Of a stretch of 64,000 nt of DNA, positions 33,059 through 43,902 are shown piece after piece. The notes below the pieces were generated by a model that saw only the letters and a list, made by a program, of their open reading frames with translations, was not told where the DNA came from and did no database searches. Origin of the DNA: Pseudomonadota bacterium (lineage in GTDB: Bacteria > Pseudomonadota > Gammaproteobacteria > Burkholderiales > Burkholderiaceae_C); the NCBI GenBank assembly GCA_021848345.1, contig JAJZUV010000011.1:8080-72079 (forward strand), written 5' to 3'. Within the stretch, counting starts at the first letter, position 1, and each line of letters begins with the position of its first letter. Position numbers and translations under genes: made by a program.

Positions 33059-33904
33059 ATGTCCCATTCGCTCAACGCAGATCTGCACTGCCACTCCCTG
33101 GTCTCCGACGGAACCCTCGCTCCGGCCGTGCTGGCGCGTCGCGCGCTCGACAACGGCGTGCAGCTGTGGGCCCTGACCGATCACGACGAGCTCGGCGGCC
33201 TGGCCGAGGCCCGGCAGGCCTGCGCCGAGATCGGGCTGGAATTCGTCACCGGAGTGGAAGTTTCGGTGTCGGTGGACGATCAGACCGTGCACGTGGTGGG
33301 CCTGGGCGTCGACCCGGCCCATGCCGAATTGCGCGCGCGGCTGCGCGGCATGTCCGAAGGGCGCGACGCGCGCGCGCGTCGCATGGCCGAGGCCTTGCGC
33401 GAGCACACGGGGGTCGAGGACGCCTACGCCGGCGCTTGCCGCCTGGCCGGCAACCCGGCCCTGATCTCGCGCACCCATTTCGCCCGCCACCTGGTCGAGC
33501 GCGGCGTGTGCGCCAACACCGGCGAGGTGTTCGCGCGCTTCCTCACCCCCGGCAAACCCGGCTACGTGGAACATGCATGGGCCACGCTGGAACAGGCCAT
33601 CGGCTGGATCCGGGAGGCCGGCGGCCTGGCCGTGCTGGCCCATCCCGGGCGCTACCGCTTCACCCCACAGCGCGAGCGTGAACTGCTGGCGCGATTCGTG
33701 GAACTCGGAGGCGCCGGCATCGAGGTCGTGACCGGCAGCCACAGTGCGGCCGACTGGCGCAAGTACGCCGCGCTGGCGCGCGAGTTCGGGCTGCGCGCGT
33801 CGCGCGGCTCGGACTTCCATTGTCCGCGCGAGAGCCGTTGTGACCTGGGACGCCTGCCGCGGCTGCCCGAGGGACTGTCCCCCATCTGGGACCTCCTGCA
33901 CTGA
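33059..33904 (+). CDS. PHP-domain phosphoesterase (YciV/TrpH-like)
   Basis: [34 protein letters not shown]. Confidence 0.92.
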   Translation: MSHSLNADLHCHSLVSDGTLAPAVLARRALDNGVQLWALTDHDELGGLAEARQACAEIGLEFVTGVEVSVSVDDQTVHVVGLGVDPAHAELRARLRGMSEGRDARARRMAEALREHTGVEDAYAGACRLAGNPALISRTHFARHLVERGVCANTGEVFARFLTPGKPGYVEHAWATLEQAIGWIREAGGLAVLAHPGRYRFTPQRERELLARFVELGGAGIEVVTGSHSAADWRKYAALAREFGLRASRGSDFHCPRESRCDLGRLPRLPEGLSPIWDLLH

Positions 33905-33935
33905 GCGGCCCGCCCGTTCCCGCCATCACCTGCCC

Positions 33936-34571
33936 ATGGCCCAGTACTTCAGCCTGCACCCCGACAACCCCCAGCAGCGCCTGATCAAGCAAGCCTGCGC
34001 GATCCTGCACGCGGGCGGCGTGGCGGCGATTCCCACCGACTCCTCCTACGCGCTGGCCTGCCACCTCGACGACAAGGCAGCGGCCGAGCGCCTGCGACGC
34101 ATCCGTCAGGTGGACGCCAAGCACCACCTGACCCTGCTGTGCAGCGATCTGTCGGAGCTGGGCAACTACGCCGTGGTGGACAACCGCCAGTTCCGTCTGC
34201 TGCGCGCGGCCACGCCGGGTCCCTACACCTTCATCCTCGAGGCCACGCGCGAAGTGCCGCGCAGGCTGTCCCACCCGTCGCGCAAGACCATCGGCGTGCG
34301 GGTCCCCGACCACGCGGTGACACGCGCGCTGCTGGTCGAACTCGGACAGCCCCTGCTCGCGACCACGCTGATCCTGCCCGGGGACGTGGAGCCCCTGAAC
34401 GAAGCCGAGGAGATCCGCTCCCGGCTCGAGAAACAGGTGGACCTGGTGCTCGATGCCGGCCCCTGCCCGCGCGAGCCGACCACGGTCATCGACCTCAGCG
34501 GCGCGGCTCCCGAAGTGCTGCGCCAGGGGCGCGGCGACATCACCAGCCTCGGCCTGGCGCAGCCCGACTGA
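33936..34571 (+). CDS. Sua5/YciO/YrdC-family protein (YciO-like)
   Basis: HPDNPQQRLI, PTDSSYA, TPGPYTFIL, KTIGVRVP. Confidence 0.92.
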   Translation: MAQYFSLHPDNPQQRLIKQACAILHAGGVAAIPTDSSYALACHLDDKAAAERLRRIRQVDAKHHLTLLCSDLSELGNYAVVDNRQFRLLRAATPGPYTFILEATREVPRRLSHPSRKTIGVRVPDHAVTRALLVELGQPLLATTLILPGDVEPLNEAEEIRSRLEKQVDLVLDAGPCPREPTTVIDLSGAAPEVLRQGRGDITSLGLAQPD

Positions 34572-34599
34572 GCGGGCCTGCGCCCTCACCTTCCCCGCC

Positions 34600-35259
34600 A
34601 TGAACAACATCATCCAGGCCATCACCGTCTACGCGCTGCCCGTGCTGTTCGCGATCACGCTGCACGAGGCCGCGCACGGGTACGCCGCACGCCGGTTCGG
34701 CGACAACACGGCCTACATGATGGGCCGCCTGTCGCTGAATCCGGCGCGCCACATCGACCCCATCGGCACCATCCTGGTTCCCCTGGTGCTGTACTTCGCC
34801 ACCGGAGGATCCTTCCTGTTCGGCTACGCCAAGCCGGTGCCGGTGAATTTCGGCGCATTGCGCAACCCCAAGCGCGACATGATCTGGGTCGCGCTCGCCG
34901 GGCCGCTGTCCAATTTCGCGCAGGCCTTCCTGTACGGCCTCGCGATGCTGCTCATGAACCGCCTGGGGATCCAGGAGGTGTACTTCTACGACGTCGCGCG
35001 GGCCGGCATCCTGGTCAACCTGGTGATGTTCGTGTTCAACCTGTTCCCGATCCCGCCGCTGGACGGCGGGCGCGTGCTGGTGGGCCTGCTGCCGCTGCGC
35101 CAGGCGCTGGCGCTGTCGCGCATCGAACCCTATGGCTTTTTCATCGTCATGGCGCTGGTGCTGACCAACATCGCCACCACCGTGTGGCTGATCCCGCTGA
35201 TGCGACTGAGTCAGAACCTGCTGGGCCTGCTGCTCAGCCCCTTCGGCATGATCCTCTAG
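34600..35259 (+). CDS. Site-2 protease (M50) family protein
   Basis: TLHEAAHG, HIDPIGT, ALAGPLSN, FNLFPIPPLDGG. Confidence 0.93.
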   Translation: MNNIIQAITVYALPVLFAITLHEAAHGYAARRFGDNTAYMMGRLSLNPARHIDPIGTILVPLVLYFATGGSFLFGYAKPVPVNFGALRNPKRDMIWVALAGPLSNFAQAFLYGLAMLLMNRLGIQEVYFYDVARAGILVNLVMFVFNLFPIPPLDGGRVLVGLLPLRQALALSRIEPYGFFIVMALVLTNIATTVWLIPLMRLSQNLLGLLLSPFGMIL

Positions 35260-35359
35260 TGTCCTGTCCCCGCGGCCCGCGCACCGCCTTCCGGCGGGGC
35301 GCTGCCGCGCGGGCCTTCTCCCCGCTCCCGCCCCCGCCCCACTCGCCCGAGAATCGAAC

Positions 35360-35905
35360 ATGAACAACAGTCCTCGCAAACACCTTGGCCGCTGCACGGC
35401 CGCCCTGGGCGCCCTGCTGGCTTCCAGCCTGCTCGCCGTCGCGCCGGCTCGCGCCTCCGAGGTATCGCTGCTCGCAGGCTCCTTCGACGGATATCACAAC
35501 ATCACCGCGGCCTGGCAGAGCGATGCGCTCTGGGCGCACGATTTCGGCTCGCACCGCCTCGACCTCAGCGTGGAAGCTTCCGCTGGCCGCGTGTTCGGTC
35601 CCGCCGGCAAGGTCGGCGCACCGCTGTGGCACGTGGGCCTCACGCCGTTCCTGCGCTGGTGGTTCACCCAGGACACGGCGCTGGAAGCCGGCATCGGCGC
35701 CAATTTCTTCTCGGGCACCTACATCGGCTCCAAGACCATTTCCACCTCCTACCAGTTCGGCGATTCGCTGGGGCTGTTCCACCGCATCTCGGACACCCCC
35801 TGGGGCGTGGGCGTGCGATTCACCCATTATTCGAATGCCGACATCAAGCGTCCCAATCCCGGCCAGAACTATCTGCAACTGCGCGTGAGCTATGAATTGC
35901 GCTGA
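35360..35905 (+). CDS. pagL: Acyloxyacyl hydrolase / lipid A 3-O-deacylase (PagL-like outer-membrane beta-barrel)
   Basis: Signal peptide; FTHYSNADIKRPNPG catalytic H-x-S-N motif; amphipathic beta strands. Confidence 0.8.
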   Translation: MNNSPRKHLGRCTAALGALLASSLLAVAPARASEVSLLAGSFDGYHNITAAWQSDALWAHDFGSHRLDLSVEASAGRVFGPAGKVGAPLWHVGLTPFLRWWFTQDTALEAGIGANFFSGTYIGSKTISTSYQFGDSLGLFHRISDTPWGVGVRFTHYSNADIKRPNPGQNYLQLRVSYELR

Positions 35906-37106
35906 TTCCTTTCCCGAACGCGTCCTTTCGGGCATGCGCCCGACCGGCGCACTGCACCTGGGCCACTACCACGGCGCGCTGAAGAACTGGGTGCAGCTCC
36001 AACAGGACAAGCCCTGCTACTTTTTCGTCGCCGACTGGCACGCGCTGACCACGCATTACGAATCCCCCGAGGTGATCGCCAGCCATACCCATGACATGGT
36101 GATCGACTGGCTGGCCACCGGGGTGGACCCCGACAAGGCCACGCTGTTCGTGCAGAGCCGCCTGCCCGAGCATGCGGAGCTGTTCCTGCTGCTGGGCATG
36201 GGCACTCCGCTGGCCTGGCTGGAGCGCGTGCCCACGTACAAGGAGCAGATCTCCAACCTGAAGGACAAGGACCTGCTCACCTACGGCTTCCTGGGCTACC
36301 CCTTGCTGCAGGCGGCCGACATCCTGATCTACCAGGCGCGCTGGGTCCCGGTGGGCGCGGACCAGGTTCCCCACATCGAGATCAGCCGCGAGATCGCCCG
36401 GCGTTTCAACACCCTGTACGGCAAGGATCCCGACGTCGAGGCCAAGGCCCGCGCGGCCGCGGGCCACCTGCCCGACGACGAGCGCCAGCGCCTGCAGGCG
36501 CTGCGCCGGGCCGCCGACCAGGAGGGCCAGGTGGAGTTGCGCGAACAGGCGCACGCGCTGATCTCGGCCAGCAAGCTTTCGCGCGCCGACAAGGACGCGC
36601 TGCGCGCGCAGGTCGACGGCGGCCGGCGCACCATCCTGCGCGAGCCCGAGGCGCTGCTCACCCCGGAATCGCGTCTGCCCGGGCTGGACGGACGCAAGAT
36701 GTCCAAGAGCTACGGCAATTCCATCGCCATCCGCGAGGAACGCGCCAGCGTGGAGCACAAGATCCGTCGCATGCCGACCGATCCGGCCCGCGTGCGCCGC
36801 AGCGATCCCGGCGATCCCGAGAAGTGCCCGGTATGGCAATTCCACCTGGCCTACAGCGACGACGCCTGCCGCGAATGGGTGCGCCGCGGCTGCACCAGCG
36901 CGGGCATCGGCTGCCTGGAGTGCAAGCAACCGGTGATCGACGCGGTGCTGCGCGAGCAGCAGCCGATGCTGGAACGCGCCCAGCCCTATGTCGACCATCC
37001 GGCGCTGGTGCGCGACATCCTGGACGCCGGCACGGAAAAGGCGCGGCAGACGGCGCGCGAGACCATGCGCGAGGTGCGCGACGCGATGGGACTGCTCGGC
37101 GCCTGA
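35892..37106 (+). CDS. trpS: Tryptophan--tRNA ligase
   Basis: RVLSGMRPTGALHLGH, YPLLQAADI, KMSKSYGN. Confidence 0.97.
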   Translation: MNCADSFPERVLSGMRPTGALHLGHYHGALKNWVQLQQDKPCYFFVADWHALTTHYESPEVIASHTHDMVIDWLATGVDPDKATLFVQSRLPEHAELFLLLGMGTPLAWLERVPTYKEQISNLKDKDLLTYGFLGYPLLQAADILIYQARWVPVGADQVPHIEISREIARRFNTLYGKDPDVEAKARAAAGHLPDDERQRLQALRRAADQEGQVELREQAHALISASKLSRADKDALRAQVDGGRRTILREPEALLTPESRLPGLDGRKMSKSYGNSIAIREERASVEHKIRRMPTDPARVRRSDPGDPEKCPVWQFHLAYSDDACREWVRRGCTSAGIGCLECKQPVIDAVLREQQPMLERAQPYVDHPALVRDILDAGTEKARQTARETMREVRDAMGLLGA

Positions 37107-37721
37107 TCAGTTGCTCCGGGGCGGCTCCGACGCGCCCTGGGACTGGCTGCGGCGAGCCATTGCGCGCCGCAGCCAGGCGCGCACCGCCAAGCGCACCAGC
37201 CAGGAGCCCAGCAGCACCACGGCCAGCAGCAGCAGCAGGCCCTGTTCGAAGCCGGCCAGGCGCCTGGATGCATGTTCCCACGCGTGCCCGAAGCCCCAGC
37301 CCAGACCGGCGACCAGCGGCGCCCACAGGAGCGCGCCGATCACGTTGAACACGGCGAATCGCGCGGGCGCGACGCCCGCGGCGCCGATCAGGATGGGCCC
37401 GGCGATGCGCAGACCGTAGAGAAATCGCACGGCCACCACCGCGCCACCGGGGTTGCGCCGAAGCAACAGCAACACGCGTCCCAGCTTGGCCTGCAGGCGC
37501 GGCAGGCGGCGCAGCAGCGCCGCGCCCCACAGACGTCCGATCCAGTAGAAGAACTGGTCGCCGGCGCTGGCGGCGACCACCGCGACCAGGATCACACGCC
37601 ACAATTCCAGCCACCCGGCGCGCGACGCGTAGCCGGCGGCCAGCAGCACCGTCTCGCCCTCCGCGAAGGTCCCGGCGGCGACCGCCAGGTAGCCCCAATC
37701 CCTGACAAACTGATCCAGCAA
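37107..37721 (-). CDS. DedA-family membrane protein
   Basis: GTFAEGE, GDQFFYWIGR, RFLYGLRI, FAVFNVIGA; TTG start after GGGAG inferred. Confidence 0.88.
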   Translation of the reverse strand: MLDQFVRDWGYLAVAAGTFAEGETVLLAAGYASRAGWLELWRVILVAVVAASAGDQFFYWIGRLWGAALLRRLPRLQAKLGRVLLLLRRNPGGAVVAVRFLYGLRIAGPILIGAAGVAPARFAVFNVIGALLWAPLVAGLGWGFGHAWEHASRRLAGFEQGLLLLLAVVLLGSWLVRLAVRAWLRRAMARRSQSQGASEPPRSN

Positions 37722-37803
37722 GTCCGACTCCCGAGCCGGCGCCACGGCGCCGCGTATGGACGTGCATCATGCTCCCGCCGCGGCGCGCGCGAACGGCGGG
37801 CAC

Positions 37804-37829
37804 AAAAAAGCCGACCCTGGCGGGTCGGC
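37804..37829 (-). terminator. Rho-independent terminator (distal) downstream of the csp gene
   Basis: Minus strand GCCGACCC-GCCA-GGGTCGGC-TTTTTT. Confidence 0.75.
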
Positions 37830-37930
37830 ATTTCGACAGAACAACGCCTGCACGCCCATGTCAGGGCGCGATCGGCGACACCAACCGGGCGGCGCCACGC
37901 CGTCGTGCGGCGAGGGCCGTCCGAAATGGC

Positions 37931-37954
37931 AAAACGCCCGGCTATCGCCAGGCG
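37931..37954 (-). terminator. Rho-independent terminator (proximal) of the csp gene
   Basis: Minus strand CGCCTGGC-GATA-GCCGGGCG-TTTT, 30 nt after the stop. Confidence 0.6.
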
Positions 37955-37984
37955 CTGTATCTATCTACGATCCTGCGTTCGTGC

Positions 37985-38188
37985 TCAGAGCACGCGGATC
38001 TGCGAGGCTTGCGGACCCTTCGGGCCGGCCTTCACCGTGAACTCCACGCGCTGGTTCTCTTGCAGCGTGCGGAAGCCCTTGGCCTGGATTTCGCTGAAGT
38101 GGGCGAACAGGTCCTCGCCGCCTTCGTCGGGCTTGATGAAGCCGAAGCCTTTGCTCTCGTTAAACCATTTGACGATGCCGGTGGGCAT
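37985..38188 (-). CDS. Cold-shock protein (CspA family)
   Basis: GIVKWFN, KGFGFI (RNP1), LFAHFS (RNP2), GPKGPQA. Confidence 0.96.
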   Translation of the reverse strand: MPTGIVKWFNESKGFGFIKPDEGGEDLFAHFSEIQAKGFRTLQENQRVEFTVKAGPKGPQASQIRVL

Positions 38189-38315
38189 GATCTTCCTTTC
38201 AAGTACTGAATATCAATGACATGCAAATCTTCAACAAGCCCAGCCGGTTTATCGAGTGACTCCAAACCCAAACTGTGCGCAGCAAAGCGCCCGTCTTGAA
38301 GCGACTGCAGGGCTT

Positions 38316-38342
38316 ACTATACACCGGTTGGCGCTTTTGCAA
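38316..38342 (-). promoter_or_regulatory. Candidate sigma70 promoter for csp, implying a long AT-rich 5' UTR
   Basis: Minus strand TTGCAA-15 nt-TATAGT; spacer is short. Confidence 0.3.
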
Positions 38343-38503
38343 GCATTCCCCGTCCCCGCCGTTCCAAATCGTCGGAGACCGGGGTCTTCGGCGTTGTCCG
38401 GGGACCACAACTGCCTCGCTCCCCAGGGGGGGCGGCACCGCGGGGCGTGCTTCGACGGAAGCCCTCGGGCCCTACCCCGCCCGGTATAACTCACGATCTT
38501 CTC

Positions 38504-39463
38504 ATGCAGGTATTCCGAGGTTTTCAGCACGCCGCGCTGCAGGTGCCCAGCGCGGTCACGATCGGCAACTTCGACGGCGTGCATCGCGGCCACCAGGCCA
38601 TGCTGGCGCTGCTGGTGCACGAGGCCAGGCAACGGGGCTTGAGCCCCTGCGCGCTGACCTTCGAACCCCATCCGCGCGATTATTTCGCCGCGCAGCGCGG
38701 CCAGCCCGAACTCGCGCCGCCGCGCGTGGCCGGGTTGCGCGACAAGCTCGACGGCCTCGCGCGCTGCGGCGTGGAACGCGTGGTGGTGCTGCGCTTCGAC
38801 GCGGCGCTGGCCTCGCTGGCCGCCGAGGACTTCATCCAGCGCGTGCTGGTGGACGGCCTGCACGCGCGCTACGTGCTGGTGGGCGACGACTTCCGCTTCG
38901 GCGCGGGACGTGCCGGCGACTACGAGATGCTCGACGCCTGGGGCCTGCGCCTGGGCTTCGAGGTCGCGCGCATGAACGCCTACGAGGTGCATTCGCGCCG
39001 CGTTTCCAGCTCGGCCGTGCGCCAGGCGCTGGCCGCCGGCGACATGCGACTGGCCGCCAGCCTGCTGGACCGCCCCTACAGCGTCAGCGGGCATGTTCAG
39101 CACGGCGCCAAGCTCGGCCGCGAACTGGGCTTTCCGACCCTGAACCTGCGCTTCGGCCATGACCGCCCGGCGGCGCAGGGCATTTTCGTCGCCCGCGTGC
39201 ACGGCCTGCAGGCGCAGCCGCTGCAGGCCGTGGTCAGTTTCGGCCGGCGCCCCAGCGTGGATGATTCGGGTCGGGTGCTGCTGGAGGCGCACGTCCTCGA
39301 TTGGAGCGCGGACGCCTACGCTAAACTGGTGCGGGTGGAACTGCTGCACAAGCTGCGGGACGAAGTCCGCTACGACGGCCTGCAGGCCCTGACCGCCGCG
39401 ATCGCCGCGGACGTGCGCGCGGCGCGCGCATGGTTCGCGAGCGCGGCGGCCGACTCCCCCTGA
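38504..39463 (+). CDS. ribF: Bifunctional riboflavin kinase/FAD synthetase
   Basis: [42 protein letters not shown]. Confidence 0.96.
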   Translation: MQVFRGFQHAALQVPSAVTIGNFDGVHRGHQAMLALLVHEARQRGLSPCALTFEPHPRDYFAAQRGQPELAPPRVAGLRDKLDGLARCGVERVVVLRFDAALASLAAEDFIQRVLVDGLHARYVLVGDDFRFGAGRAGDYEMLDAWGLRLGFEVARMNAYEVHSRRVSSSAVRQALAAGDMRLAASLLDRPYSVSGHVQHGAKLGRELGFPTLNLRFGHDRPAAQGIFVARVHGLQAQPLQAVVSFGRRPSVDDSGRVLLEAHVLDWSADAYAKLVRVELLHKLRDEVRYDGLQALTAAIAADVRAARAWFASAAADSP

Positions 39464-39602
39464 ACCCAGGCGTCGCCCAGGCCGCGCTGGCAGGGGCCCG
39501 CGCGCCGCCGCGGGCATGCCTGCGCCGCCCGTCCAAGCTCCCTCCCCCGCCCGCCCCGAACCCACGGAAAACGCCCGCGCCAACCTGGCGCAACCGCATG
39601 CC

Positions 39603-42455
39603 ATGACCGATTCCGACGCGTCCGCCAAGTCCGACTACCGCTCCACCCTGAACCTGCCCGACACGAGTTTTCCGATGCGCGGCGATCTGCCGCGCCGCGA
39701 GCCCGGCTGGGTGCAGCGCTGGCAGGACGAGGGTGTGTACCAGCGTCTGCGCGCGGCGCGCGCCGGACGGCCGCGCTTCGTGCTGCACGACGGCCCGCCC
39801 TACGCCAACGGCCAGATCCACATCGGCCACGCGGTCAACAAGATCCTCAAGGACATGATCGTCAAGGCGCGCCAGCTGGAGGGCTTCGACGCCGTCTACG
39901 TGCCCGGCTGGGACTGCCATGGCCTGCCCATCGAGAACCAGATCGAGAAACTCTACGGACGCAAGCTCGGGCGCGACGAGATCCAGGCCCGCAGCCGCGC
40001 CTACGCCACCGAGCAGATCGCCGGCCAGATGGCGGACTTCAAGCGCCTGGGGGTGCTCGGCGACTGGGACCATCCCTACCGCACGATGGACTTCGGCAAC
40101 GAGGCCGATGAGATCCGCGCCCTCAAGCGCGTGGTCGAGCGCGGTTTCGTGTACCGCGGCCTGAAGCCGGTGCACTGGTGTTTCGACTGTCATTCCTCAC
40201 TGGCCGAATTCGAGATCGAATACGCCGACAAGACCTCCCACACGCTGGACGTGGCCTTCCCCTGCGAGGAACCCGAACGCCTGGCCGCCGCGTTCGGGCT
40301 CGACAGCCTGCCGGGCCCCGCCTTCGCGGTGATCTGGACCACCACCGCGTGGACCATCCCGGCCAACCAGGCCCTGAACCTCAATCCCGAGCTCGACTAC
40401 AGCCTGGTGAACACGCCGCGCGGCGTGCTGCTGCTGGCCAGCGCGAGGGTGGAGGCCTGCCTGAGGCGCTACGGCCTGGAAGGCAGCGTGCTGGCGACGG
40501 CCCTCGGCCAGGCGCTGGGCGGGTTGCGCTTTCGGCACCCGCTGGCCGCGCTGGATGCCGGCTACGACCGCGCCAGCCCCGTGTACCTGGCCGAATACGC
40601 CACCGCCGACGACGGCACCGGGATCGTGCACTCCTCCCCGGCCTACGGCGTGGAGGATTTCAACTCCTGCATCGCGCACGGCATGCGCATCGAGGAGGTG
40701 CTCAACCCGGTGCAGGGCGACGGCGTGTATGCCGCCGATCTGCCGCTGTTCGGCGGCGAGCAGATCTGGCGCGCCGCGCCCAAGGTGGTGCAGGCGCTGC
40801 GCGACGCGGGCCACCTGCTGGCCACCGAGGACATCCGCCACAGCTATCCGCACTGCTGGCGCCACAAGTCTCCGGTCATCTACCGCGCCGCCAGCCAGTG
40901 GTTCGTGCGCATGGACCAGGGCGAGGGGGTGTGCACCGTCGACAAGGCATCGCGCACCCTGCGCGAGACCGCGCTGGAAGCGGTGGAGCGCACGGCCTTC
41001 TATCCGGCCGGAGGCAAGGCACGGCTGCACGACATGATCGCCGGGCGTCCGGACTGGTGCATCTCGCGCCAGCGCGCATGGGGCGTGCCGCTGCCCTTCC
41101 TGCTGCACAAGGTCAGCGGCGAGTTGCATCCGCGCACCCTGGAGCTGATGGATCGCGCGGCCGAACTGGTGCAGCGCGAAGGGGTCGAGGCCTGGTCGCG
41201 CCTGGACCTGCGCGACTGGCTGGGCGACGAGGCCGAGGACTACGAGAAGTCCCAGGACATCATCGAGGTCTGGTTCGACTCCGGCACCACCCACTGGCAC
41301 GTGCTGCGCGGCAGTCACCGCGAGCAGTTGGCATGGCCGGCGGACCTGTACCTGGAGGGCCACGACCAGCATCGCGGCTGGTTCCATTCCTCCCTGCTCA
41401 CCGGCTGCGCCATCGATGGTCGCGCGCCGTACAAGGCCTTGCTCACGCACGGATTCACCGTCGACGGGCAGGGGCGCAAGATGAGCAAGTCGGTCGGCAA
41501 CGTGATCGCGCCGCAGACGGTCAGCGACAAGCTCGGCGCCGAGATCATCCGCCTGTGGGTGGCCTCCACCGATTACTCGGGCGACCTGGCGATCTCCGAC
41601 GCCATTCTCAAGCAGGTGGTCGAGAACTACCGCCGCGTACGCAACACCCTGCGCTTCCTGCTGGCCAACGTGTCGGACTTCGACCCGGCCACGCAGGCGG
41701 TGGCGCCGCGCGACATGCTGGACCTCGATCGCTGGATGCTGGCCCATGCCGGAGCCCTGCAGCGCGAGATCCTCGCGCATTACGCGGCCTACGAATTCCA
41801 CCCGGTGGTGGCGCGCCTGCTGGTGTTCTGCTCCGAGGACCTCGGCGGCTTCTACCTCGACGTGCTCAAGGACCGGCTCTACACCACGCGGGCCGACGGG
41901 CTGGCGCGGCGCAGCGCGCAGACCGCGCTGTGGCACCTCGCGGCGGCCATGCTGCGCTGGATCGCCCCGTTCCTGAGCTTCACCGCGGAGGAGGCCTGGG
42001 AGCATTTCGCACCGCAACTGGCGAAGGCCGAGCGCAGCATTTTCGTGCAGACCTTCCACGAGATCCCGGCGCTCGACGATGCGCCCGAACTGCTCGCGCG
42101 CTGGGCGCGCATCCGCGCGCTGCGCGACGAGGTCAACCGCGCGGTCGAGCAGGTGCGCTCGGAAGGCCGCCTGGGTTCCTCGCTGCAGGCCTGGGTGGAC
42201 CTCGGCCTGGCGGCCCCGGACCTGGAGCTTGTCGCCGGCCTCGGCGAGGAAGCCCGCTTCGCCTTCATCGTCTCCAGGCTCCAGCTGCACGCGGCCGACG
42301 CCACGCAGGTGCGGGTGACCCCGGCCGAAGCGGCGAAATGCGAACGCTGCTGGCACTGGGTGGAAGACGTGGGCGCCGATGCCACCCTGCCCGGGCTGTG
42401 CGGGCGTTGCGCGAGCAACCTGCATGGCGACGGCGAGGTGCGGCGCCATGTCTGA
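39603..42455 (+). CDS. ileS: Isoleucine--tRNA ligase
   Basis: [39 protein letters not shown]-terminal KCERCWH...CGRC zinc finger. Confidence 0.98.
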   Translation: MTDSDASAKSDYRSTLNLPDTSFPMRGDLPRREPGWVQRWQDEGVYQRLRAARAGRPRFVLHDGPPYANGQIHIGHAVNKILKDMIVKARQLEGFDAVYVPGWDCHGLPIENQIEKLYGRKLGRDEIQARSRAYATEQIAGQMADFKRLGVLGDWDHPYRTMDFGNEADEIRALKRVVERGFVYRGLKPVHWCFDCHSSLAEFEIEYADKTSHTLDVAFPCEEPERLAAAFGLDSLPGPAFAVIWTTTAWTIPANQALNLNPELDYSLVNTPRGVLLLASARVEACLRRYGLEGSVLATALGQALGGLRFRHPLAALDAGYDRASPVYLAEYATADDGTGIVHSSPAYGVEDFNSCIAHGMRIEEVLNPVQGDGVYAADLPLFGGEQIWRAAPKVVQALRDAGHLLATEDIRHSYPHCWRHKSPVIYRAASQWFVRMDQGEGVCTVDKASRTLRETALEAVERTAFYPAGGKARLHDMIAGRPDWCISRQRAWGVPLPFLLHKVSGELHPRTLELMDRAAELVQREGVEAWSRLDLRDWLGDEAEDYEKSQDIIEVWFDSGTTHWHVLRGSHREQLAWPADLYLEGHDQHRGWFHSSLLTGCAIDGRAPYKALLTHGFTVDGQGRKMSKSVGNVIAPQTVSDKLGAEIIRLWVASTDYSGDLAISDAILKQVVENYRRVRNTLRFLLANVSDFDPATQAVAPRDMLDLDRWMLAHAGALQREILAHYAAYEFHPVVARLLVFCSEDLGGFYLDVLKDRLYTTRADGLARRSAQTALWHLAAAMLRWIAPFLSFTAEEAWEHFAPQLAKAERSIFVQTFHEIPALDDAPELLARWARIRALRDEVNRAVEQVRSEGRLGSSLQAWVDLGLAAPDLELVAGLGEEARFAFIVSRLQLHAADATQVRVTPAEAAKCERCWHWVEDVGADATLPGLCGRCASNLHGDGEVRRHV

Positions 42456-42978
42456 AACCGCGGCGACAACGCAGCGCCGCCCTCCGCCCTCCTGGGTCTG
42501 GCTGCTGCTCGCGCTGGCGGTGCTGGCGCTGGACCAGTTCAGCAAGTGGCTGGTGGCGCGGGAACTGCCGCTGGACGCGTCGATTCCGGTCACCGGGTTC
42601 TTCAACCTGGTGCACATCGAGAACCCGGGAGCGGCGTTCTCCTTTCTCGCCGGGCAGGCCGGCTGGCAGCGCTGGCTGTTCACCGCGCTGGGGCTGGGCG
42701 CTTCGCTGCTGATCGTCGCGCTGCTGCTGCGCCGGCGCCGGCGTCCCCTGCTCGGCCTGGCGCTGGGCCTGATTCTGGGCGGAGCGCTGGGCAACGTCGC
42801 CGATCGCGTGCTGTGGGGCCACGTGACCGATTTCCTCGACTTCTACCTGCGCACGGCGTCCGGCTCCTGGCACTGGCCGGCGTTCAACCTGGCCGACAGC
42901 GCCATCTTCCTCGGCGCCGTGGCGCTGCTGATCGACGAGCAGCGCGAGGCGCGCCGCCGCGCCTCGCGCCCAGGGTAG
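42448..42978 (+). CDS. lspA: Lipoprotein signal peptidase II
   Basis: [35 protein letters not shown]. Confidence 0.96.
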   Translation: MSETAATTQRRPPPSWVWLLLALAVLALDQFSKWLVARELPLDASIPVTGFFNLVHIENPGAAFSFLAGQAGWQRWLFTALGLGASLLIVALLLRRRRRPLLGLALGLILGGALGNVADRVLWGHVTDFLDFYLRTASGSWHWPAFNLADSAIFLGAVALLIDEQREARRRASRPG

Positions 42979-43057
42979 ACCCGGCCTTGCGGGGAACCCC
43001 CGGGGGTTATAACCTTGCGGCCATCATGGTTGTATCCAGACATGACGGGCCCTGCCG

Positions 43058-43864
43058 ATGACCCCCGAGGAAGCCAGGCGCCAACCTTTGGCGCAGCAAC
43101 GAACCGTGCGCGTGAGCGTATGCACCCTGGGCTGGCGCGATCCGCTGCGCTGGCTGGCCGCCGGCGCGCGCGACATGCGCGCCTGCCCGGGCCTCAGTCT
43201 GGGCTACGGCCTGCTGTTCACCGCGGTGGCCTGGCTGCTGGGCCTGAGTCTGCGTAGCAGCCCGCAATACGCGCTGCTGCTGGGCAGCGGGATCATGCTG
43301 CTCGGCCCGGCGCTGACCATGGGCCTGATCCAGGCCAGCCGCAGTTGCGAAGCCGGCCGGCGCCCACGCCTGCGCCTGTGCCTGGCCTGCTGGTGGCCGA
43401 CGCGCTCCAGCGTGGCGCTGTTCGCCGGGCTGCTGCTGGTCCTGGAACTGCTGTGGGCGCGCAGTTCCCTGATCGTGTTCGCGCTGTTCGCCGACTCCAT
43501 GGCCCCCGAACCGTCGCTGTCGCAGCTCGTGCTCGACCCGGGCAACCGGCCCTTCCTGGCGGCCTATGCCGCCATCGGCGCGCTGTTCGCCGCGATCGCC
43601 TTCGCCTGCAGCGTGATCGCCGTGCCCATGCTTCTGGACCGCCCGGTGGATGCCGTCACCGCCGCGCTGACCAGTGTGCGCGCCTGCCTCGAGCATCCCT
43701 GGGTGCTGCTGATGTGGGGTGCGCTGCTGACCGCGCTCACCCTGCTCGCGCTGGCGCCGGCGGGGCTGGGCTTGCTCGTGATCGGCCCCTTGCTCGGACA
43801 TGCCAGCTGGCATGCCTATCGCGGCATCGTGTGCCCCAGCCTGCAGGCCTCGACGCCCGATTGA
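43058..43864 (+). CDS. Integral membrane protein (DUF2189-like)
   Basis: PLRWLAAGARD, multiple TM helices, PMLLDR, PLLGHASWHAYR. Confidence 0.75.
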   Translation: MTPEEARRQPLAQQRTVRVSVCTLGWRDPLRWLAAGARDMRACPGLSLGYGLLFTAVAWLLGLSLRSSPQYALLLGSGIMLLGPALTMGLIQASRSCEAGRRPRLRLCLACWWPTRSSVALFAGLLLVLELLWARSSLIVFALFADSMAPEPSLSQLVLDPGNRPFLAAYAAIGALFAAIAFACSVIAVPMLLDRPVDAVTAALTSVRACLEHPWVLLMWGALLTALTLLALAPAGLGLLVIGPLLGHASWHAYRGIVCPSLQASTPD

Positions 43865-43902
43865 CGGTGCGCTCCCATACCCGCCGCCGGCATGGAGCGG
43901 GT

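Noticed and set aside
36400-36660. Helical insertion in TrpRS (404 aa)
   Set aside because: As I recall, approximately 400-aa TrpRS with this insertion is the usual betaproteobacterial form, so it is not locus-specific.
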